Shown here: piece after piece, positions 53,830 to 64,000 of the stretch
Layout: every line of letters starts with the position of its first letter
Position numbering within the stretch: position 1 is the first letter of the stretch
Program-made: the position numbers and the translations under genes
Origin: Octopus sinensis
Lineage: Eukaryota
DNA length: 64,000 bases
Direction: 5' to 3'
NCBI RefSeq assembly: GCF_006345805.1
Contig: NC_043002.1
Location: 3,224,001-3,288,000 of the forward strand
Notes under the pieces: model-generated
What the model saw: the letters and a program-made list of their open reading frames with translations, nothing else
Databases searched by the model: none
What the model was told of the DNA's origin: nothing

Positions 53830-56395
53830 TGGTCTGCAACACCAACCATCTGATCACTTACCAGTCTGGGGTACTCACCAGCCTTCATTGACGACATCTT
53901 CCACAAGAACAGCGATAGATATATTCTTGTAAATGCAAAATCTTTCCTGGGTAAAGAATTTGCATCTGAGCATAAACTGGTGGTTAGTGAGTTTAGGTTT
54001 AGGGCCGGAATGATGCAGAGATGCTAGCCAATATGGAAAAGGAGGCTGTGGACATTCAAGGATCCTTCAAACAGGCAGAGATTTAAAGATGTTCTTAATG
54101 AGGTCTTTGAGGAGGAGCGAGAGATAGAGACATATGACATAGGGGACAACTGGAAGTTCCTAAGGGACAATCTACTAAGGGCAACAGACCTAATTTGTGG
54201 TTGGACTAAAGCCCCTACCAGACCAAGGGTGATGTAGTGGTGGAACAATGACGTTGACAGGGCCATAAAAGAGAAGAAACAGGTCTGGAAAGAATGAAAA
54301 AGAATCCTATGAGAATACTAAAAGGGAGGCTAGATATCAGGTTTATTTAGCTAGAGTAGGAGCCGAAAAAAAAGGGGTTTGCCAAAGTTCTACAGTGTGA
54401 AGTTCAGAGACTTGAAGTGTTCTGGATTGCTTGACAGTGTATCAGTGAGAATTGAGTTATTGTAGATGGGAAGCGTGTGCAGATGGATAATGGTATGCTT
54501 GCACTTAGTGATGTGGAGAAGGAAGAGGCATGGGAAAGTTACTATGCGAGACTGCTGAATGTAGAGAATGAATGGGACCAAGAAAGTTTTCCTCTTGTGA
54601 ACCCAACAGAGGGACCAGCTATCCTTGTGGACAGCAGGATAGTAGTTAAAACATGATAACTAGGAAAGCACCTGGTCCATCCAGAACCATGACTAAGATG
54701 CTCATAGTTCATCAGGTCATTCAGGGAGGTGTATTACTCAAGGAATGGTGTAGCAGCATTATTGTTAGCTGCTACAAGGGTAAGGGTGATGCTTTAGATA
54801 GAAGCAATTAGAGAGGCATCAAACTTCTGGACTAGGTTATGAAAATAATGAGTTATAGTCCAATCAATTAGGAGCAGAATTAGGTTAAACAAAATGCAGT
54901 TTGACTTCGTTCAGGGGAGAAGCACTGCTGATGCTATTCTCATAGTCAGGCAACTGCAAGGAAACCATTATACTTGGTATTTGTTAATCTAGAGAAAGCC
55001 TTCCATAGAGTTCTCTGCTGTGTGATTTGGTGAGCTCTGAGGAGGTTAGGGATAAAAGGGTGGCTTGTGAAAACTGTACAGGCCATGTACAAAGATGTGG
55101 TCAGTAAGGTGAGATTTAACCATGAGTACAACGAAGAATTTGGTGTACAGGTAGGGGTTCATCAAGGCTCAGTCCTTAGTCTCCTCCTTTTCATCATTAT
55201 CCTCCAGGCCATAACAGAGGAATTCAAGACTGGCAGACCCTGGGAACTACAGTATGCTGATGATCTTGCCCTCATAGCAGATTCCATATCAGAGCTAGAA
55301 GAGAAATTCCAGGTGTGGAAGCAAAATCTGGAATCTAAGGGCCTTAAGGTTAACTTAGCAAAGACTAAGGTCTTAGTAAGCAAGGAAAGTGACAGGACCC
55401 TACCTGCTCGATTTGTAGAAAAGGTGTTGGCAGGAACTCCATATGGTGTACCCAGTATAAGCTATGGACACACAAGAGGTGCAGTGGGTTAATAGGAAGA
55501 TTATCAAACAAGGTAGTGATTATATGTGGAAGATGCACAGGATCCATAAAAACAACAGAAACTTGGGAAATTGATTCTCTCAAATGCTCTGGTGGCTCAT
55601 TAGAGGTAACAGATAATTTCTGCTACTTAGGGGACCAAATTTGTTGTGGGAGAGGATACACAGAGATTGTGATAGCTAAAATAAGAATAGGATGGAGGAA
55701 ATTCAGGGACCTGTTCCCTGTTTTGGTTATGAAAGGTTTCTCTTTCTGAGTGATGTATGTATGGGGACAGCAGTTCTACATGACAGTGAGATGTGGGCCC
55801 TGAATGCAGAGGACATGTGAAGGTTAGAGAGGAATGAGGCTAGTATTCTCTGCTGGGTATGTAATGTAAGTGTACATGTTCAACAAAGTGCCAGTCTTCT
55901 GAGAGAGAAGTTAGGCCCGAGAGAAGAGCACACTGGTTTGGTCAAGTGATGCAGATGGATGCTGACAGCTCCATAAAGAAGTGCCAATCTCTCAAAGTAA
56001 ATGGAACACATGGAAGAGGGAGACCCAAGAAGACATGGGTGAAGTACTGAAGAAGGACCTCAAGATGTTGAACCTTTCAGACAAGATGACAAAGGACTGA
56101 AGTGCCTGGTGCCTTGCTGTACTCAAGACGACCTTTACTCCACATCGGAAGCGTTAAGACTGGAGCCCCCTGCAGGAGTCTGGTGCTGGTGCCACGTAAA
56201 AAGCACTGATGCCAGTGCCATGTGAGAGCACCCAGCACATTCCGTAAAGTGGTTGGTGCTAGGAAGGGCATCCGGCCACAGAAACTGTGCCAAATCAGAC
56301 TGGAGTTTGGTACAGTTCCCCAGCTTGCAGCTCCTGGTCAAACTATCTGACCCACACCAGCATGGACAACAGATGTTAAATGACAATGATGATAC
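53830..56395 (+). mobile_element. long decayed RTE LINE (APE end, RT, 3'UTR)
   Basis: IDIFL/ASEHKLVV, NLEKAF, GVHQGSVLSLLLF, LQYADDLAL, KVNLAKTK; many stops and frameshifts. Confidence 0.92.
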
Positions 56396-57319
56396 ACACA
56401 CACACACACACACTTAGACCCATACACGCGTTCATACCAAAGCACAAACTGCCCATTCTTAATCTTTGTTCTGTCTGCCAAAACACTAACAGATTCTTCC
56501 GTCTTTATTTGCTTTACTCACTCATTTCTCTCTCTCTCTCTCTCTGCCACTGCTGACTTAATATAATATTCTCCCTTTTCCCTAGCCTCTCTCTCTCTCT
56601 CTCTCTGTTTCTTTGACCATTTCAACCTTGTTCCTCCCTGCAAAGCCTGTCAGATGCACTTACTCCTCCTCCCCCCCCATTTCCTCCTACCACCAAATCC
56701 ACAAGTCTATCCTAATTCCCTCCCCTGCCAAGTAACCGTGTCTCCAGCCTCTCTCTGAAACTGCTGTTTCCCTCCCCTCCACCGCAGATCTCTCTCTCCT
56801 GCTCCACAACATAACCTCAATCTATCTCTGCTGCTGCGACTGCTACGTCTTCTTATCCTGGTAGAACACACACACACACCTTGTACTTACTACCATTACC
56901 CTTCTCCTTCAAACAACAGTTAATTGAGGCTACACACTCAACAACAGCAATAATAATTCTTTCTCAATAATTTGCGCAAAGCCAGTAATTTTGATGGGTC
57001 AGGTTTCGTTGATAATATCGACCCCAATGTCCAGCTGGTACTTCTCTACCCTGAATGGATGGCTGACTTCACAACTATAATAACAATTGTTTCTACTATA
57101 GAGACCCAAGCCCAGAAATTATAAGGGAGACGACTGGTTGAGTACATCGAACCCCCACTACTGCTCAACTGGGACATATTATAGGCATAAGGCCTGAAAT
57201 TTTGGTGGAGGGGCCAGTTGATTAGATTGACTCCAGTACGCAACTGGTACTTAAATAATAATGATAATAATAACAATCCTTTCTACTAATGATAATTATA
57301 ATAATAATAATAATAATGA

Positions 57320-57792
57320 TAATAAACCGGATATTATTATAAAAGATCAGACAAAAAAGGTGTGTTTATTAATTGACATGAGTATTCCTTGCGATCACAA
57401 TATAGCGGCGAAAGAATTTGACAAGATCAGTAAATATAAAGACTTGCTAATAGAAATTTAAAAAATGTGGCATCTCAAGGCGACTATAGTACCAGTGATT
57501 GTGGGATCTCTAGGAATGATAAAAAAAGGTACTGAAACCTATTTGAAAATGATTCCAGGCTTACCATCCCTACAGGAAGTGCAAAAACATTGTGTTGGCT
57601 GGAATGGCTCATGTACTGAGAAGAGCATTATCACTGTGAAAATAACATCCATTCATGAATTTGTGAATTTGCACGTGTAATCTGGGAATGCATACAATGA
57701 GCTTCTCTGCCCTAGGTGTACGGAAAACACTCAGCGAGAAACGGAAGAAAATTTGAAGAAAGGAGGAAAAACAACAACAACAATAATAATAA
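57320..57792 (+). mobile_element. R4/Dong-like non-LTR element 3' end (restriction-like endonuclease)
   Basis: NKPDIII..CLLIDMSIP..KISKYKDL..IVPVIVGSLG; (AAT)n on both sides. Confidence 0.8.
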
Positions 57793-58003
57793 TGGAACAA
57801 ATAGGGGCTGCAATAAGAGTATATGGAACAAATAGGGGCTGCAATAAGGGTGGAGCACTTGTAGAAAACCACTGCTTGGAACCGCTTGAATACACTGGAT
57901 GGTGCTCGAAAAATAAGAGGTGTTACCTTAGCTCATTAGTAGTGAACAGCTGACACTGTAGTACATCGCCAGTGTTAGAAGTCGTCTCATAATAATAATA
58001 ATA

Positions 58004-58562
58004 AATTGCCCTGATGCAGTACCAGGCAGTGGCTCTCATGGCTTCTGATCTTAACTGATTGCAAGTGTTATCATGTACATTGTTTTGTCTTGGTATAAAA
58101 GATGGGCTACAGCAAATATTCTGCTCAATACCACAGATTTGCTTGTCAGTTGTTTGACCATAACCAGTTGAGCATATCCCTTAGTAGCTGACGATATGTG
58201 CATCTCTGATCACGAGCAGAAGTAGTGGGGGAGCATCACAGCCATGTATTGAGAGGGATTCTTTGGGGTTTGAATAATTCACCTCTGGAAACATGGGTGG
58301 TTCTTTCAACATCCTTAAACAACCCTTATTCAGGGACCTTTTGAGCGGGATGGGCTACTCAACCTGAAGAAAATTCTAACTGGGCCCCACCTGCAAGGTC
58401 ATGTGCTGTTTATCTTGATATGAGATCACCATGTCACGCACATATAGTTGTGATGCATGTGCCTGGTGTACCCTTATCAGATGGGTAGTCATGATGGGTA
58501 TACTGGGCTTCGTATATTTGTACCCCAGTGTCACTTTGATGGCATGCACTGCTCTCTCACTC
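58004..58562. mobile_element. about 560-bp non-coding repeat-like element flanked by (AAT)n
   Basis: sharp GC-richer block between (AAT)n runs at 57989-58003 and 58563-58580; resembles a common octopus interspersed repeat (recollection, not searched). Confidence 0.5.
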
Positions 58563-59559
58563 AATAATAATAATAATAATATTGAAGGCTTGATGTTACT
58601 CTTCCCGAAGGTAAAGGAAAAATAAGAAGTAGATTGAGATGATTATTTTGAACTTATGGAAGACACACAAAGTGTCAAAATATTGTTCAATTGATAAGTT
58701 GCACTCCTGTGATTATTGATAATAATAAAAGTGATAATAGTAATAATAATAATAATAATAATGATAATGCTGGTCTGCAAAGATAGTATATATAAGGATA
58801 AACATATTGAAAGGAGTCTGTGGGAAAACTCATTTAAATAAAAGTGAAATGGTAGTGAAATGGTTGGGAACCATTGTACTATAGGCACAAGGCCTGAAAT
58901 TTCAAGGAGGGGACTAACTGATTACATCAACCCCAGTGTTTCACTGGTACTTAATTTATTGACCCCAAAAGGATGAAAGGTAAAGTCGACCGTGGAGGAA
59001 TTTGAACTCAGAACGTAACAGCAGATGAAATACCACTAAGCATTTTGTCCAGCATGTCAACGATTCTGCTGGCTGGCCAACTTTTTTAATGATGTTAATA
59101 ATATTGAGATTGGTTGAACTATGAGAGTTGCATTAATTCAGAAATCTGCTCTAACGGGAAAAGGCAAGGGTTGTAAGAAAGGTCCTCCGTGTCTCAGAAA
59201 ATTGGTTGTGACTCGGTATCTAGGACATTGATTCTGAATGCAAAACATTTGTGTGCACCATGAATAATAATGATGATGATGATGATGATTTCTTTTATTA
59301 GTCGCAGAGACATAGAGGAGGAGGATATCACAAGGACTGGCAGACAATTTCTGTGGGGATTTGCATAAAGGACGAGGAGATAGAAATAGAAAAAGACATT
59401 GAAATGCGATTAAAGTATACAAAGTGTGTGACAACATGATTGATGCGGTCCTCCTGATGCAAAAGAAACTTCAACTAGGGCCAATCAAGGAACCACACAG
59501 ATCCAAGATTACCCTGACCAACCAAGATACGAGCCCTCTCTCCTGCCCTCCAGTCTACA

Positions 59560-60235
59560 GGTGCATACTTAGAGTAGGGTCATTCATTGTAGACCGTTTT
59601 TGACAGAGTCACCCATTTTTTCACAAATTCACTGAGAGGTACCCACTTGCCTCTCCATCCTCACTTTCCTTTCCAAGTGGAACTTAAAAAAGTTGATGAG
59701 AGCTTGACTGAAGAGGAAAGTGTCCTTCCTCAATCCCTTCAGCCTCTTCTGCCATAACTACTGGACAGAGGAACACTGCTTGTCCTGCCTTCTTAAAGAT
59801 GGGTGGTGGGACGATACTCAGCATGGCTTTGGCCAATAGATGAATTCATCTCACACATGATAGCAGCTGTTTGACACAACTTTACAAGCCAGAAATACTT
59901 AGGCTTTGCATCAGTGCATGCAGAATGGTTTCGTCACTCTGCGAGCCTCTTGGATAGTCCTGCCTGACAGCACATCCATGCCTGTAGAGTTTATCTCCTC
60001 AGTAGCACTGACAGGCCAGGGATTTCTGGAATTTATCCAAAATTGCACTGGACCCAAAAGTCCTCCAACATAGATCAAGATAATTCATCCTTGCTGATGC
60101 TAAGAATTTCCCTGAGAGAGCCATCTCTTTTATCCACCATTAGATTTCTATATATTACTTCCACTGTAGAACGTCCACTGACCACATTGCCTAATTGGTA
60201 GAGAATGGTAAGTGCCTGACAACATTCCAGAAGTC
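59560..60235 (-). mobile_element. Tx1/L1-like ORF2 C-terminal fragment
   Basis: DKLYRHGCAV..YPRGSQSDETILHALMQ zinc-knuckle-like region. Confidence 0.55.
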
Positions 60236-60239
60236 AGGT

Positions 60240-61722
60240 GCCTAATCTTGGTCTTTTCTTGACCCAGGATTATTAGAGTCTGACAGAGTACTAACTACAG
60301 AAATGACAATGAAAATTGAGAAGGAGTACATCAGAAGATGAGGAAGCTAATGAAGGCAGAGCTAAATGGTTCGAATCTTGTGAAGGCTGTAAATACTTGG
60401 ACAGCATCATTACTTCGGTACTCAGCAGCTTTTGTAGACTGGATAAAACCTGAATTAGGAAAGCTAGAGAGAAGAACTAGGAAGGGATTCAATATGAATG
60501 GAGGACTCCAACCAAGGACAGGAGCAGCAAGATTATACTTACTTAGAAAGGAAGATGGAAGAGGGTGAATATCAGTGGAAGACTGGATGGAGTTAGGTAG
60601 AGTAGATATAGACTCCTATGTAGATAATAGTGAAGAAAGTTTATTAAAGGCTGCTAGAGTCACAAAAAGACATGGTGATATGTCCCACGTTATGACGACA
60701 TAACTTCGTTGTCTGCATGACTGGCCCGAACAGCGTACCTCACTGACTGACACTGCTTGCTGTGTATGTCCATTATTTAACAGTAGTGGAACAGCCCACT
60801 TCTCATTTGGGGGTGTCCACCACAACACATAGGGAAATCAAAACACCAAATGAACTTAAAGCTAGAAAAAATAACAGAAATTATCTGACTGGCAGGAGAA
60901 GGTGTTGCATGGTAGATTCCCAAAGATAGTTTCAGCAAATAGTAGTAGTGAGACATGGTTACGGCTGCAGAAGGGAAAGCTGAAGAGGGAGACAGAAAGA
61001 TTGTTAGTAGCTGCACAAAATGAAGCATTAAGGACTAATTGGATAAAAGCCAAGATAGACAAAAACCAAGTAAATTCCCAATGTAGATTATGCAAATCAA
61101 AAGAGGAAAGCGTTACTTATATATTAAGTGAATGTAGCATGCTGGTACAGAAAGAATACAAGAAAAGACATGACAATCTAGGGAGAGCAGTCCACTGGGA
61201 GCTTTGTAGAAAGCTAGGATTTGAACATACTGATATTACTAGAAAGTAAGAAATACTAGATGTCATGAGACTCTAACATTCAGACTAACAGCGTAATAGA
61301 AGCTATAAGGCCTGATTTGGTAATAGTAGATAAAGAGAATAGAAAGTGCCAGGTAATTGACTTTACAGTCACAAATGATGGGAAAATCAATATGAGAAGT
61401 ATAGAAGAAATAGCAAAGTACCAAGACCTGGCCATTGAATTACAGAGACTATGGAAAGTGCGGGTAGAATGTATCCCAGTAGACATCGGTGCATTGGGAA
61501 CTATGCCTAAAGATCTGAACAGATGGATAGAGGAAATAAGCAAAAACTCAGTTTAGTACAGTTCCAGAAAACAGTGTTATTAGGGATAGGTAGGATATTT
61601 AGAAAGGTTCTTGGCATCTAAGGCAACTTCTTGTAGCCCAATGTTAGGATTAATTTCTCTTCCAACAGTCTTATCTGTTGAGTGTACGTGAATAATAATA
61701 TTGATAATAATAATAATAATAA
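60240..61722 (+). mobile_element. R4/Dong-like non-LTR element, 5'-truncated
   Basis: LNGSNLVKAVNTW, LYLLRKEDGRG, CRLC..ESVTYILSEC..YKKRHD, IDF..KYQDL..IGALG; (AAT)n tail. Confidence 0.88.
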
Positions 61723-62744
61723 CAATGATGGTTTCAAATTTTGGTACAAGGCCAGTAATTTCAAAGGAGGTGTGTGTGTGTGGTGGTGGTGGTGGGGGGG
61801 GGTAAGTTGATTACATCATCCCCAGTGCTTAACTGCTACTGACACTGTTTATTGACTCTGAAAGAATGAAAAGCAAAGACAACCTCAGAATTAGATCTCA
61901 GAATGTAAAGAACCAAGTGAAATGTCACTAAGCACATCACCTGATGTGTAAAGGATTCGGCCAACTCAACAAAAGCAACAACAATAACATTAACTGATAA
62001 CAGTAGTAAACAGCTTTTATGGTAGTGTATGTTGCAAAGTGCCACAGATTGGACAAATGATAGCAAATAAAATAAAAGGACAAACCTCACTCTTTGGGTG
62101 GAGATTCTGACTGTGGACCAGCAACAACATAAGTTTTCTTTCCCCTAGTTAAAAATGTCAACCACAGCAACCAACAAAATTCTCACTGAAAATTCTCACC
62201 TTCCTATAAGATTCATAAATAAGGGCTACTACCATAAATGTAGGCATAATATAAGGTAAGTCAGGTGAGATCAAATAAATGTAGCAGAGATGAGTGGGAG
62301 TGTGCTGTGTGCAAGAAGTAGGGTGGAAAGGATCCTTGGTCAAACTCCTCATAACCAAAGAGTAGCAATGCAAATTCTTCTGGGAGAGTAAAAGTGATGG
62401 GGAAGGTGGTGTAGGTTTTCTGTTAAACATAGAAATGGATAATTGGGGTAGTTAGGGTATGTGAAAGAATAACTAAACTAAGACTAGTGAGAGACAACAC
62501 AGCAGTAATATTTATTTCTACATATGATTTACAGTCAGAACTGGCAAGTGAGCAGAAGGACTACCTCAAGGGTGATCAGCAGTGATTTAATTTGCATGCC
62601 TGTTGATGTTAATGGCCATGTTGGTCTACACAAATGATAGCTCCCATGATGTCTATGAAGACTATAGCTATGGCACAACAAATGAGGAAGATGAAAGGTT
62701 CTGTGAGCTCTGTGATGCAACCAACCAACCAACCAACTTGCACT

Positions 62745-63525
62745 GAGGATAGCAGTGTGAAAAAGTGTCACACCCTAGCGGTTGAGGGAAACTGTGGAAG
62801 AGGTAGATCCAGGAAGGCCTGGGATGAAGTGGTGAAGCACGATCTTCAAACATTAGGCCTCACCGAGGCAATGACTAGTGACCGAGACCTTTGGAAATAT
62901 GCTGTGCTAGAGAAGACCCAGCAAGCCAAGTGAGACCATAACCTGTGGCCTATGCCAGGAGCGTAACCAGCCCACTTATGCATACCTTTCTTTCATTGGA
63001 CACTAAACTCTGCTTGCGAAGACCTGTTGAGGCAAGTGAAATCGAAATCACATTCGTTGACTGGCATCTGTGCTAGTGGAGTGCTAAGAGCACAGCACCA
63101 TCTGAGCGCGATCGTTGCCAGGGCCGCTGACTGGTACATGTGCTGGTGGCACGTAAAAAGTACCATTCGACTGTGATCATTACCAGCATCGCCTTACTGG
63201 CACTTGTGCCAGTGGTACGTGAAAAACAACATTCAAGTAAGGGCGTTGCCAGTGCCACTGGACTGGCTCTTGTGCAAGTGACACATAGAAACACCATTTG
63301 AGTGTGGCCGTGCCAGTACCACCTGACTGGCCCTCATCCCGGTGGCATGTAAAAGCATCCACTACACTCTCGGAGTGGTTGGCATTAGAAAGGGCATCCA
63401 GCAGTAGAAACTCTGCCAGATCAGATAGGAGCCTGGTGCAGCCATCTGGTTCACCAGTCCCCAGTCAAACCGTCCAACCCATGCCAGCATGGAAAGTGGA
63501 TGTTAAATGATGATGATGATGATGT
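62745..63525 (+). mobile_element. 5'-truncated RTE LINE 3' end with (GAT)n tail
   Basis: AVEGNCGRGRSRKAWDEVVKHDLQTLGLTEAMTSDRDLWKY, homologous to 48470-48610. Confidence 0.9.
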
Positions 63526-63869
63526 TTTACATAATTATCCTATACTTATTGTCTCTGTCGAAAGATGATTTATGTTCATTTCATTTTGTTTCACAAGTTT
63601 CCCACCTTTATTTATTGTTAAATAATAAAACTTCATATATTTGTATTTCTCAGTTCATTTCATTTTGTATGTGCCTTTCTTGCTTTTTTTTACTGCTTGT
63701 CTTAAAATTATTGTTTTTATTAAACAACTCCCTTATACTGTCTATTTGATTTGCTTTGTATTTTTCCCTCTACAAAACCTGTAGACTCATCGTTTTTCCT
63801 GTCTTTGTCTGATGAACTTGTGTACTCATGTGTACTTCTGCAACTCAAATATGGTTTGAGCTGAAATAG

Positions 63870-64000
63870 GAGCCAGGGTGGCAAGCTGGCAGAATCGTTA
63901 GCATGCCAAGCGAAATGCTTAGCGGTATTTCATCTGCCGTTACGTTCTGAGTTCAAATTCTGCTGAGGTCGACTTTGCCTTTCGTCCTTTTGAGGTCAAT
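63870..64000 (+). mobile_element. tRNA-derived SINE 5' part
   Basis: same family as 41233. Confidence 0.8.

Overview
AT-rich eukaryotic genomic DNA, very probably from an incirrate octopus; this is inferred from the SINE and RTE-LINE repeat families and was not checked by a search. The window holds two intron-containing paralogous hnRNP A1/A2B1-family genes (2 RRMs plus a Gly-rich low-complexity domain) facing tail-to-tail. Gene 1 is on + (CDS 1366-9151, 10 coding exons, 338 aa). Gene 2 is on - (CDS 45700-38697, 10 coding exons, about 574 aa; first exon uncertain). Both end in YRR-stop, both have an intron 24-34 nt after the stop, and both splice into a homologous 3'UTR exon that begins TAG|GCAG|GCTT. 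Between them lie several strong non-coding exon candidates on both strands. Together with UAG-rich repeats and RBFOX/QKI motifs, these suggest an auto/cross-regulatory alternative-splicing-NMD circuit with possible antisense overlap; this is a hypothesis needing RNA data. The paralogs have diverged: gene 2 has an M9/PY-NLS and a 690-nt Gly-rich exon, while gene 1 lacks PY and has gained Cys residues and a Met/Pro repeat. Two minimal hammerhead-ribozyme motifs are present. The rest is decayed mobile DNA (mariner, piggyBac/MITE, RTE, CR1-like, R4/Dong-like, Tx1-like, Penelope-like, Ty3/gypsy, SINEs) and microsatellites. No rRNA, bona fide tRNA or CRISPR array was seen. All coordinates were counted by hand; TE boundaries are approximate.
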